Assembly (NCBI GenBank): GCA_951406725.2
Contig: OX597820.1
Location: 62,868,001 to 62,932,000 of the forward strand
DNA from: Octopus vulgaris
Lineage: Eukaryota
Direction of reading: 5' to 3'
DNA length: 64,000 nt
Part shown: positions 25,178 through 38,252 of the stretch, one piece after another
Numbering within the stretch: position 1 is the first letter of the stretch
How the letters are laid out: every line of letters begins with the position of its first letter
Notes under the pieces: generated by a model
What the model was told of the DNA's origin: nothing
What the model saw: only the letters and a program-made list of their open reading frames with translations
Databases searched by the model: none
Translations under genes and position numbers: made by a program

Positions 25178-25687
25178 CTAACTTTTATTGCTATTTCTGT
25201 TTCTAAATTTCATATGGAACGTCGAGTGGATCCTATGAGTACACGCTGGTATTGCATCAGTGAACATATTTAACACTGCGTTGTTGTAATTTTTCAATAT
25301 ACTATATGCTTCCCTTATGCATAAACCGCATCTAGTGGACGCAATTCTATAAGGGGAGGCATGCGCAAGGATAGCCCATGATATTTTAAATTCAACATTC
25401 CTTTCCTTAAGGTCATTAACATGTAATGCCAAAGTTGTAGAGGTCCTATATTTAGGATTGTCGAAAGAGCTCAGGTGGGATCGGTACCTCTGCTTAAAGT
25501 CTACTGTGCTTCCAATATATATTTTTCTCTGGCCTCCTTCAGTCTCGACACTACATTTATAAACTACATTTTCCTGACAACAATTTCCTCTAATCGGACA
25601 TACTGATGGGTCGCCACAATTACATTTCTTCATTAGAGCACTTCTATTTCCAGTCCGTTGTATATCTTGAGCGTTGTTGTCACTCAA
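25178..25687 (-). CDS. Penelope-type GIY-YIG endonuclease domain (fragment, RT missing)
   Basis: CNC...CP...C...NVVYKC...IYIGST.DFKQRY.SH..SF...TTLA.H...W.IL...CGLC..E...LN...C.H: GIY-YIG (VVY/YIG) with the Cys/His motifs typical of Penelope-like elements. Confidence 0.85.
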   Translation of the reverse strand: MSDNNAQDIQRTGNRSALMKKCNCGDPSVCPIRGNCCQENVVYKCSVETEGGQRKIYIGSTVDFKQRYRSHLSSFDNPKYRTSTTLALHVNDLKERNVEFKISWAILAHASPYRIASTRCGLCIREAYSILKNYNNAVLNMFTDAIPACTHRIHSTFHMKFRNRNSNKS

Positions 25688-25710
25688 GATATAAATTTAT
25701 ATTTCGTATA

Positions 25711-26122
25711 CTCCTTTACTCTTTTACTTGTTTCAGTCATTTAACTGCGGCCATGCTAGAGCACCGCCTTTAATCGAGCAACTCGACCCCGGGACTTATT
25801 CTTTTGTAAGCCCAGTACTTATTCTATCGGTCTCTTTTGCCGAACCGCTAAGTAACGGGGACATAAACACACTAGCATCGGTTGTCAAGCACTGCTAGGG
25901 GGACAAACACAGACACACAAACACACACACGTATATATATATATATATATATATATATACGACGGGATTCTTTCAGTTTCCATCTACCAAATCCACTCAC
26001 AAGGCTTTGGTCAGCCCGAGACTATAGTAGAAGACACTTGCCCAAGGTTCCAGGCAGTGGGACTGAACCCGGAACCATGTGGCTGGTAAACAAGCTACTG
26101 ACCACACAGCCACTCCTGCGCC
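25711..26122 (-). mobile_element. tRNA-derived SINE family A, full length
   Basis: Head GGCGCAGGAGTGGCTGTGTGG...GGTTCAGTCCC on the minus strand; matches 1325-1736. Confidence 0.9.
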
Positions 26123-26544
26123 TATATATATATATATATACAGTGACTGAGACAAGGTGGGGGAGAAACAGAGACAGCGACACATACATAGATAGATTCC
26201 TACATACATAAGTATATACATCTATGGATCAACTATGACTGATTCATATGTTGATTCTCTTGTTGTTTAATCGGTTTAATCAGCCTTGATTAAGCAGAAG
26301 ATATATGACAACAATTCAGTCATCACCATCTCGTTGTTCCTGTTAATATCCTTTGTCTTCTATACGGTGCGACTTCAGGACTACAGCATTGAACGGATCG
26401 TGTTTTTGAAAATGGTATTAACTGGAAGATCTGAATTGGATTTGGATTTTATTTGTAGTAGGTTATGCGGTCACAACTACTAAGAACTCCGTCAGCACAG
26501 CACCAGCCCTCCCCCACCACAACCATTACACTCATTTCAATAAT

Positions 26545-26675
26545 TATTTCTACTCTAGACATGAGACTTTGAAAACTTTTGGGGGAAGGGGGCTAGTCGA
26601 CAACATCGACCCCAGTGCATAACTGGTATTTATTTCATCGAACCCGATAGCATGAAAGGCAAAGTCGACTTCAGT
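26545..26675 (-). mobile_element. SINE family C fragment
   Basis: atcgaccccagtgcataactggtatttatttcatcgaacccgatagcatgaaaggcaaagtcgac matches 53950-54012. Confidence 0.7.
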
Positions 26676-27179
26676 GACTCATTTCAATAATGCCATAACG
26701 AAGATAAATGCTATCACCAATATGACCACCACCACCACCACCACCACTACCACCACCACCACCATCACCACCACTATGGCAATCACTACCACTACACCTG
26801 ACACCACCAAAATCAACACCACCACCTTCTAGAAGTCTCTATCACTACTATCACCACGAACAACAAAATGTTGGAAGCTGCCAAGTCGATTCGAATGCTA
26901 TCGGTGGTGTATATGCTGCTAGTATCGTATGAATATTTGTGGTGCTTAAGTTTGGTGGGACCTCGGTTGGAAGCTGCGTTGGTGATGCTGATTTCATGAT
27001 TTCGTTGCTTAATTAATTAGGTATTATATGTACAATGTTTAGATACTAAATCTGACAAAGTAGTGTAATTAGGTACTAAAAATGACTTGTGCTGTATAAT
27101 TACATTGTATTAATGTACGCATTCGAAACGTTGCGTCTGATTTAATCAACACATTGATTGGATCTCGAATATATTCTGG

Positions 27180-27735
27180 CACTGGTGATTGTGGTGGTTT
27201 GCGTGGTGATAGTGTTGGTGGTGGTGGTTTTGGTGGTGGTAGTGGTGGTGGTGGTGGTGGGTGTGGTGCATTTGGTGGTGGTAGTGGTGATGGTGTGGTG
27301 ATTGTGGTGGTGTTGAAGGTAATAGTGGTGGTGGTGCTTTTGGTGGTGGTAGTGGTGATGGCAGTGGTAGTGATGGTTTTGGTGGTGGTAGTGGTCGTGG
27401 TGATAGTTTTGGTGATGGCTTTATTGGTGGTAATAGTGGTCGTGGGTGTGGTGGTCTTTCTGATAGGGTGGTGGTGGTGGTGCGTGATGGTGTTGGTATT
27501 GGTGGTATTAATTGGGGAGGCGGTGGTGGTTTTGGTGTCAGTCTTCAATATGGTGATAATAGTGATAGTGGTGAAGATGCAGTGGTGGTGGTGGTGATGG
27601 TGGTGGTATCGTTGTCGGCAGTGGTAACGGTAATGGAAGATATTAATGGTGGTGGTGGTGGTGCTGTTACGGGCGGTGGTACTCGCGGTAGAAGCACTGG
27701 TGGTGATGGCCACAGGTGGCCGTGATGGTGGTTTG
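27180..27735. repeat. Degenerate (GGT)n microsatellite
   Basis: Directly visible; inverted relative to (ACC)n at 26720-26860. Confidence 0.9.
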
Positions 27736-27949
27736 GGCTCTTTGTGGTCTCAGTGCTGATGTGCAGCGTATGTGTCAAATAATTCTAGGATAATTGATGA
27801 GATAAAGCCTAGTTTGTGGGGGGAGGGATATATGGGGGTAGGGGAGCTGATGTGGCTGATAAGATAATAGAACATAATGTAAGTTTGCTATTTCCTTAAA
27901 CATTCATATCGGTCAGATCAGCGGCACTGTGCTACCTACAGACCTAGTG

Positions 27950-28151
<202 letters not shown>

Positions 28152-28737
28152 ATACATACATATACATGTATATATGTACACGCACATCTGTATGTGCATG
28201 TGTGTGTGTGTATGTTTATGAGATTATTCGAAATTTAAGAGAGATAACAGATTAACAGCTTTCGATAGATGCCTATTAATCTGAAAAGTAGCGACAACTG
28301 GGCCACACTCTCCTTGTAAGATGATATTGAAAATATTGGAGATGCGGATGCGGTAATAAAGAAGACTGTTAGAAGACGAATAGAGGAATATGAAGTGGGG
28401 GGCGACGGAGGAGGGAGAGGGTGAGAGAGAGAGAGAAGGTGAGAAGGTTAAAGAAGAAGAAGAAGAAAAAAAAAGAAGAAGAAGGGCAACAAGAAGAAGT
28501 AGAAGAAGAAGAAGAAGAAGAAGAAGAAGAAGAAGAAGAAGAAGAAGAAGAAGAAGAAGAATGGAAACTATTTTCTTTAGTGAAAGTCAACCAGATTATA
28601 ATCTTCAAATTTATTTAGGTATGATACATGCAGCGTTGCAATGTTCAATGTGTCCCTCATGCTGTAGGCTAGACACACGCATATCCACCAAAAAGAAATA
28701 TATAATAATTATTTATATGTGTATTCTATTAATTGCC

Positions 28738-28945
28738 TCAGTCATTCGACAGCTGCCATGCTGGAGCACCGCCTTGAAGGGTTTTAGTCGAACGTATCGA
28801 CCCCAGGAATTCATTTTTTTAAAACCTTGTACTTATTCTAACGTTCTATTTTGCCGAACCGCTAGGTGATAGTGACGTAAACACTCCAACTCCGGTTGTC
28901 AAGCGATTACAAGGTAGCAAACAGAAACACAAATACACACACATA
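28738..28945 (-). mobile_element. SINE family A, 3' half (split copy)
   Basis: tcagtcatt...ccatgctggagcaccgcc...tttgccgaaccgctag...cggttgtcaagcgat; the matching 5' half lies at 29890-30052. Confidence 0.85.
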
Positions 28946-28956
28946 GGTATAAACTA

Positions 28957-29004
<48 letters not shown>

Positions 29005-29010
<6 letters not shown>

Positions 29011-29507
29011 TTAAGGGTAAAAATTGATATTAGTCAATTAAAACCAGTGGTCTAGCATATTAAAAAGAATCCAAAGATTAAAATATTTATATATACCAAT
29101 TAAGGACTGAACACGAAAAAGTGGACAGTCAACATGCTAGATATAGACGTCAAATCGCCATTCTCCACAAAGATTATGTTCTCAAATAAAATAACATTCA
29201 GCACAAGCCAAAGCAATAAATAGGACAAATGAAAATATACGAAATAAAATAATCACCTGTGTACCGAACGGTTTCAGTTATTAATATCACAAGGATATCT
29301 GTAACTTCGTCAGCACAGTTTGTTATGAACATAATTTGCTGGACTAGATGAAAAACGATACCGGAGTCTCGCATGCATAAAGTTCAACCGATTAAGTTCG
29401 AGTGTATCTTTTATTTTATTTGAGAACATAATCTTTGTGGAGAATGGCGATTTGACGTCTATATCTAGCATGTTGACTGTCCACTTTTTCGTGTTCAGTC
29501 CTTAATT

Positions 29508-29517
<10 letters not shown>
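29005..29517 (-). mobile_element. Non-coding Penelope-like/retrozyme-like element with a 100-bp perfect inverted repeat
   Basis: 29095-29194 is the exact reverse complement of 29411-29510; the loop contains a hammerhead; flanked by (TA)n. Confidence 0.75.
29257..29318 (-). ncRNA. Type I hammerhead ribozyme
   Basis: Minus strand: CTGTG-CTGACGA-AGTTA...ATATC-CTTGT-GATAT...TAACT-GAA-ACCG-TT-CGGT-A-CACAG. All three stems are Watson-Crick, the core is intact, and the cleavage triplet is GUA. Confidence 0.88.
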
Positions 29518-29560
<43 letters not shown>

Positions 29561-29566
<6 letters not shown>

Positions 29567-29889
29567 GAGGAATGACCACTAAAGTGGACACCGAACGGTT
29601 TCAGTTATTACGGTATTATCACGAAGAGTGTGTTCTCAAGTTATCTGCGTGTTTGCATACGTTGTTATTAACAAGTGAAACCATGGTACGTAGGTAAACG
29701 TTTTATTATTTCGTATATTTTCATTTGTCTTGCTCATTTTTACATTTTGGCGTTTCCTGAGTATTTTCTTGAGAACACATTCTTCGTGATAATGGCGATT
29801 TGACATCTATGTTTAGCATATTAGTTGTCAACTTTAGTGGTCATTCCTCTTAATTTTGTATGTAACACAAATTTTAATCTTCGGGTTAA
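29561..29889 (+). mobile_element. Diverged relative of the 29005-29517 element, opposite orientation, also with inverted repeats
   Basis: 29700-29885 aligns with the minus strand of 29070-29250; 29561-29590 pairs with 29826-29855 and 29615-29640 with 29768-29793. Confidence 0.7.
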
Positions 29890-30052
29890 TCTTTCAGTTT
29901 AATCTACCAAAATCCACTGATAATGCTTTGGTCGTCTAGAAGATATAGAAGAAGACTATAGCCTTCCTCCGACCAAGGTACCACGCAGTGGGATTGAATT
30001 TGAAGCTATGTGGTTGGGAAGAAAGCTTCTCCCCACACAGTCACGCCGCCTG
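29890..30052 (-). mobile_element. SINE family A, 5' half (split copy)
   Basis: tctttcagttt...ctaccaaaatccac...acgcagtgggattgaa...atgtggttgggaag...cacacag matches the head of family A. Confidence 0.8.
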
Positions 30053-30262
30053 CACACCGTAAGCAAAAAGAAATAAAGTAAAATCAAACAATACAGTATC
30101 TCACTATAGGTTAAAAATTGATTTAAACGAATTCTCGCTTTTGATATTGATGTCCGGAAAGAAAAGAAAAGGAATTTTCCGACTGATCCTTTCGTCCGTA
30201 TTTTTTTTATCGCTGTCAGCTTACTTCCCAGGCAATCAATCAGTCTATGTATGTATATATAC

Positions 30263-30295
<33 letters not shown>

Positions 30296-30344
30296 TGTAT
30301 GTATGTATGTATGTATGTATGTATGTATGTATGTATGTATGTGT

Positions 30345-30655
30345 GCATAGCTCAGTGATTAGAGCGTCGAACTGACGACCGTGAGGTTATGAGTTCGAAA
30401 CCCAAACCGGGCTGCGTGTTGTTTTCTTGAGCAAGTCACTGTATTTCGCGTTGCGCCAAATCACTCAGCTGTAGAAAGGAGTTGCGACGTCACAGGCGCC
30501 AAGCTGTATCGGCCGTTACCTTTCTCTTGGTGGCGTGGAGAGCGGAGGCCTGTATGCATGGGCGACTGCTGGTTTTCTATAAACAACCTTGCCCGGACTT
30601 GTGCCACGGAGGGTAACTTTCTAGGTGCAATCCCACGGTAATTCGCGACGGAATT
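30345..30655 (+). mobile_element. CORE-type tRNA SINE family B
   Basis: tagctcagtgattagagcg (A box), gagttcgaaaccc (B box), ttgagcaagtcactgtatttc...cactcagctgtagaaa (CORE-like), tail gtaactttctaggtgcaatccca. Confidence 0.88.
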
Positions 30656-31050
30656 ATGTTTCCGATGTATGCATTAATATAAAAATGTATGTATGTACGT
30701 ATGCATGTATGAATGCATCTATCTATCTAAACAACAATAACTTGGAGTTTGCGATAAATTTATACGCCTAATAGAATAGAAAATAGAGGCAGCTTTGAAC
30801 TATATCCCAGGCCATCCCCATCTATAAACCAACGCTAATTTTATTTATTTATTTTTTTTTGTCTTTTAGGGCACTGATATGGTCAGATTCAGGTTATTTA
30901 ACTGATTGGACTTTCATAAAAAGTTTTCAAAATTCAAAGGTACTGTCAATATTTATTATCAGAGTTGTGATCTAGTGATTGGTGGAGCACTGGGATCAAT
31001 ACGAATTAAACATATACTGATATTATAATTAACAGTGAGAGGGATAGAAA

Positions 31051-31083
<33 letters not shown>

Positions 31084-32132
31084 AGAGAGGAGAGAATAAG
31101 GGGAGTGGCAGTAGTTAGATAGAAGTTAAATAGTGAGGGTAAAAGAGGGAAAGTTCTAGTGAATGAATGAATAACCGAATGAGTGACTTAGAGTGAGTGA
31201 AACGATCAGGGTGCAATTAAGAGAAGTAATGTAAAAGTTTACATGGTATATACATGAAAAGAAAAAAATATATGCCAGAAATGTTCAGCTTTTACTTTGT
31301 ACGGAAGCAATAACTTTTAACTAATGTAATTATATGTGCTTACGAATAAGGTTTCTCTGTTGAAGTTTCTAGATTCTGTATAATGAGTTGTCCTCTCGTC
31401 GTCTGTACCATTGTTAGAAATGTTACGTTAGGAAGTAGTAAAAAAATTCTTTTTTTCCTGGAAGGTTAATTGACAAAGTATAATACACTGTGTTTGTGAA
31501 TCTCGTCTAATTTAACCAATAAAGTTTGGAACATCATTGTGAAGAAATACATAATCTGTCACCACAGCCGCTCTGCAGCTACAACGACGACGGAGACGAC
31601 AACGTTAACACAATTTCAGACGACAGCTCAGACGAGAGGGCAAAAACACGACAGGAGACACAAACCGATAGTTCGTTTGTCAAAGCATTTTGTCATTCTC
31701 TTGAATGGAAATGAATAATGATGAGAACATCAATGGAGAGGAAGACGATGACCATTAAGGTGATGCGGAGGATGAGAATAATGATGAGAAATCAGAGAAG
31801 TTGAGAATGAAGGATATATGTGGACGAGGGTGATAACATTTTGGCGTCAGTGTGATCAAGGCGATAATAAGCATGATGTATTGGAATAAATGAATACGGT
31901 ACACATACATAGCAATTCTTACGCACAGCGACACAAACGTATATCATATGTGTATTTAGTTGTGTGTACGTGTGTGTTACAGTATGTGTATGTTTATATT
32001 CTATGCCATCTAGCTAGCTAATTATCTACACACATTCATACATATATATGCGTGTGTGTACATATATATACACTCATTCATATACACCCACTCATATATA
32101 CGTATATACACTCACTCATATATACATATATA

Positions 32133-32189
<57 letters not shown>

Positions 32190-32314
32190 TCATATATATA
32201 CGTATATACATATATATACGTATATACACACTCACTCATATATACGTATATGCATACAGATTTCGACAGGTACATATTAAGACACACAAAATACCTATAT
32301 AAATAAGCACGCAT

Positions 32315-32356
<42 letters not shown>

Positions 32357-33126
32357 ACTCTCACTCTCTCACACATACACATGCTTCACACATGCTTCAG
32401 GACTTACGAGTATTGGACGGAAAAGCATGAATATGTTGGAGGTACTCAGTGTTCGCACAGATAAGTAAAACTGAAAAGTTTTGAAAGTTAAAAGCGGAAG
32501 TAAATTCATTCATATTTCGGTAGATATTAAACATTTCTTCAATGTTTGGCTTCACAATTAACTATTTACAAATTTGAGCTCGTAAGTATGAGTACGTATA
32601 CATAGATACACGCCAAGTATATGTTTAGTTATGTTACATTCTGTTAAGGACGTAGTAAAGTACGTTACAAAGCTTGTCTACATTCAGATTTCATCCGCTG
32701 CTATCCAGTAGTAGTAGTATATTTAGTTCAAGATTTGCACTTGGGCTTCAGTAAATTGTGAATAGATAATTCAATAAGTTAGAGTCAACAAGAAGGAGTG
32801 TGTTTGGACTTTTATTTGCAATCACTACAATTGTTCTACGCAACGTAGTTGTCCAGAATTGTAAGTATCTACACAACCAAATACGTACAATCACGGAGAA
32901 CTATTTTGCGTAGAAACAATTGTAGTGATTGCAAATAAATATCTAACCATAGTCCTTCTATATATTATATAAACAAGAAATTTTCCTTTCAAAATTTTCA
33001 AAAAATTTCATGCTCATTTTCAACATTTTGCAACTTCATGTTTTCTGAGAAAAACTGAGATTTCCGTGAATTGTTTGTGTATCCATAATCTTCATATGTA
33101 CCAGTTGTATTTGAGTACCAGTTAGA

Positions 33127-33337
33127 TTAGAGAGTGTGGTGAAAACTTTCTGGCTTTAAGGGTTTTGCAAAGCTCTTGACTGGAGGCCCAACCTTCCAAG
33201 TCATTTTACATGCCTTAGAAAATCTGCAAAAATTGTGTAAATCTGATAGGGGAATATGTTGAATGAAATCATAATTAACTGATGCTTCTGTTTTTCTTCT
33301 TACCCAAGTCAGGAATTTTTCAACCTCCACTCCTGTA
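33127..33337 (+). mobile_element. Mariner-derived MITE
   Basis: Imperfect TIRs (tagagagtgtggtgaaaactttctgg / tcaggaatttttcaacctccactcctgta), internal GEYVE-stop; second copy at 21170. Confidence 0.6.
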
Positions 33338-33354
33338 CATGCATACATACATAC

Positions 33355-33448
33355 ACTCACACACACACACACACAATATATATATATATATATGCATATG
33401 TATGTATATATACGTATATATATCTATATGTATATATATATTTATATA

Positions 33449-33509
<61 letters not shown>

Positions 33510-33516
33510 GTACATG

Positions 33517-33612
<96 letters not shown>

Positions 33613-33613
33613 C

Positions 33614-33644
<31 letters not shown>

Positions 33645-33791
33645 CATTTTATTTGAGTATTTCCTGCCAGCAGAGAAAGAGCCGCTTTTCTAACCTAGAT
33701 CCAAGGCTCCTTCATTGGAATTTCAACATCATCAGCAGGGTATTTTTTACGTATGTATGTATGCAGATTTGTATGTTTTGTTTTCTTGTAC

Positions 33792-33822
<31 letters not shown>

Positions 33823-33985
33823 TGTATGTATGTATGTATGTATGTATGTATGTATGTATGTATGGATGTATGTATGTATGCATGCATGTATGTATGTATG
33901 TATGTATGTATATATGGCTGGATGTATGCATACATGCATGTGTGTGTGTCTCTCAGTATATATATATATATATATATATATACGT
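33355..33985. repeat. (TA)n, (CA)n and (TATG)n microsatellites
   Basis: Directly visible. Confidence 0.95.
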
Positions 33986-34382
33986 ATATCTCAATTAATG
34001 ATATATGCATATGTGTACTATATGCATGACTGTGCGTACATACACGTGCATCTGCCTGTGTGTATGTGGGCGCGTGTGTGTCCTTAAAGAAGTGGAGATA
34101 TATAATCAGATTTAATTACTTAGTTCTACTATAAGAAGCGAAGCAGTCAAAGCTGAGTGCTTGCCAGCATCCCAGGCCCCATTGAAATCAAATAATTTTA
34201 CTGGTCCTCGAGAGACAGTAAATTTTCATCTAACTGTCAGTTCCGAGAGAACTAATTTTTTATACTAGTAATATCTGTTAGCTACTATACTCGCCTATCA
34301 CTTTACTTTAATTTGATTTAAATTGAGTTTTAAAAAGTGGTCACTTGTTTTGCTCAGAATGCGTTAAGTCACTATATACACA

Positions 34383-34452
<70 letters not shown>

Positions 34453-34821
34453 TGTGTGTGTTTGTGTGCTATATTTATTTATAGGGATGTATATATATAT
34501 GTATGTATATGTAAGTATGTGTATATGTATGTATATATATATATATCAAAGTGTAAGATCGTTATTTATATACCGATCTTATCAGGTGGCCAGCATGGGA
34601 ATAAAAACCTTCAGAGGTCATAATTATTATTAAAATTATAATTTAGGGTATCTCAGAGGTACCATCACGCTGGAAATAGCACCCAAAACTTGAATCTAAA
34701 GCCACATTAACTGTTCATATGAACATTTAATGTGGTTTTAGTGTCCAGTTGTGGATGATATTTCCAGTGTGGTGGTATCTCTTACATACGATAAATTATA
34801 ATTTTAATAATTTTGATTATG

Positions 34822-34892
<71 letters not shown>

Positions 34893-34898
34893 ACACAT

Positions 34899-34941
<43 letters not shown>

Positions 34942-35560
34942 TATTGTGTATCTTAATATGACTATATATAAACATTATTTTTTACGTTCTAGGTATTCTT
35001 CTGGTCATATGTTTATTTCTAAATCTATTATATTGATCTACTTCTCTGTTCCTTCTTGTCTGCCCATCTCCTTATATAATCACTCTTTGAACAAAACATA
35101 AGCAAAATAAAAAAAAAATTAAAAACAAACAACCATACATAACCACACACAGACATACACACTCACAAACACTTGTATGTATGCCTCTGCCATTAATGCG
35201 TTTTCGTGCGTGTAAACAACGATTTTGTAGTCACACACACAAACGTAAATACGTTATAACTTATTTGAAAATATGAATCATTGTGAATGTATGAATGGGT
35301 GAATGTATGTGCGCGTATATATACATATATTAATGTATGTATGTATGTATGTATATGTGTGTGTTTATGAATGTGTGCGTCTGTATTTGCGTGTCTGCGC
35401 GTGTGAGTGTATACGTATTAGTGGTTACGAGAGCTTGTGTGCGCGCACAGTTATGTTTCTTAGGCAGAAAAATTGCCTTTTGAAAAAGTGATGTTCAGCT
35501 TAGCTAGTACGAAAAGTGCAGCACATACCCACAGAAATTCAATACAAAACATTCACAGTT

Positions 35561-35605
<45 letters not shown>

Positions 35606-36479
35606 CATAAGTATATGAGTCTACCCTTAATGTGTGTTTCTTGGGTGTTTGTGCATATAGATATCTCTAACTTAAATGCACATCATCGTATATAATACAC
35701 TTAATACATGCATACATGCATACGCACATACATACATATGTGTGTGTGGGCGAGTGTGCATGTATGTATGCTTCTATGTATTCATACATATACCTCCATG
35801 CGCACATGTATTATTCAGTCCTACATATGCACATCTGTTGTGTGTATTTCAATTTATATTTATCTCTTTATGAACTATTCTTTATAGAATTCATTTCATG
35901 TGTTAGGAATGGTGAATCTCGTCTTCTTTCATTCTGAAAAATAGAAGAAAATTCTGTTTTCTTTTTCATTCTAATACATACTCATACAATTCCTCGTTTT
36001 GCCTTTACTCAACCCTTTTCATATAATCTTTTCGTTTAAATATTTTTCTATATTTCTTCTTCTTACTCTTGTCGCACAAACATTCTTTTCAGCACCGCTA
36101 AAGCGGCTAACAATTATTTCCAAATCTTTCTTCATGGAAACTTTATGTAGTATCCTCCGATATAAAGAACAAAAATAAAATAAACAGCCATAGCAAATAC
36201 ATAAACATAAAGGAATCAAACTATATATGCAAAAAAAGAAACAGCATAGAGAGAAAGTGATTATACAACCAAGCGCATGAGTAGGTTGACTACGTGGCAC
36301 ATGATACACATGAAGTAACATTAATTACTACAATCACTGGTCGATCAGCACGTTCCGGTGTCGTACGTAAACACGTTGCGCTTTTTCAATGCAAGCCTCG
36401 ATTGTCGTATAGATAACTTACAAAAGTAGAAAAGAAATGCCCTTTTCTTAGTCTTTTTTTTCCCATTATTAAATTTGTT

Positions 36480-37060
<581 letters not shown>

Positions 37061-37328
37061 TCGACCTCGCCGTTGTCAAAAGCTCTTGATTTCATGTTCG
37101 TTTTCAGTGCTATTCTTTTTCTTACTATCGAGCGTTGAATGTTTTGGATGTATTTTCGTTGCAAAATTCATTTATTTTTTGTTTACATTTGTTTTTGTGA
37201 TTGCTCTTTTTGTATATTTTTCCATCTTAGATTTGTATTATATTATCCTATATTGATATTATTGGGTATGTTTTTACCACGTGTGTGTGCGTGCATGTTG
37301 ATGTTTACACACACACATATGTCTGAAT

Positions 37329-37417
<89 letters not shown>

Positions 37418-37809
37418 TGTGTGTGTGTTTGCATCAGTCTCTATATGGTTAGACATGAATGGACACGCATCTGAAAAATCTACGTAATATTTGCTAGGCT
37501 AACACTTTATAATGTGCTTCGTGTGTCTTTTTCTCCGTGTATATGCGCGTGTATTTCTGTGTATCTATATCAATATAGCCACACACATGTATTATACATG
37601 TTTAGAATTGCCGATGCATGTGTACACATGTATGGTTATCCTTAAGACTATCCATCTGTGTGGTTAGCTTCACAAGCCACGTTGCGTTTCGTGAGCTTGG
37701 AAATATCGGACAAAGCACGGTTGGAATCTTTCACCCTGTATAGCACAATTCTCTTGCTGGGAGGTGAAATAATGTAAAGGAATTATGTATATACGTAAAT
37801 CCACCCATT

Positions 37810-37810
37810 C

Positions 37811-37879
<69 letters not shown>

Positions 37880-37917
37880 CTTATCTATGTATCTATCTAT
37901 ATCTATCTGTCTCTCTG

Positions 37918-37949
<32 letters not shown>

Positions 37950-37987
37950 CCTATCTATGTATCTATCTATATCTATCTGTCTCTCTG

Positions 37988-38062
<75 letters not shown>
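37810..38062. repeat. (TCTA)n microsatellite
   Basis: Directly visible. Confidence 0.95.
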
Positions 38063-38199
38063 GTCTTTGCATATATATGCATATGTTTCTGTGTGCGTTG
38101 TATTAATATATATATATATAAGTAGATATATATGTTTATATATGTGTATGTGTGTGGGTGTATGTACATTTATGTTTACATGGTATATATATATATATA

Positions 38200-38252
<53 letters not shown>

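Larger units (their letters stand above)
24310..25700 (-). mobile_element. Penelope-like retroelement 3' fragment (GIY-YIG endonuclease plus terminal repeat with hammerhead)
   Basis: GIY-YIG ORF at 25178-25687 followed downstream by a hammerhead motif at 24688-24778; 5' side abuts a SINE. Downstream boundary approximate. Confidence 0.75.

Noticed and set aside
27069-27713. Mucin-like or proline-rich 214-aa ORF
   Set aside because: Arises from the (GGT)n microsatellite.
30345-30410. Possible tRNA gene, and a CTGACGA...GAAAC hammerhead-like match
   Set aside because: It is the tRNA-derived head of a SINE; no acceptor stem closes and no hammerhead stems form.
31526-31714. Short acidic ORF, possible host exon
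   Set aside because: No recognisable homology or convincing splice context.
37628-37742. TACAGGGTG terminus suggesting a small Tc1/mariner MITE
   Set aside because: The opposite terminus is too degenerate to support boundaries.
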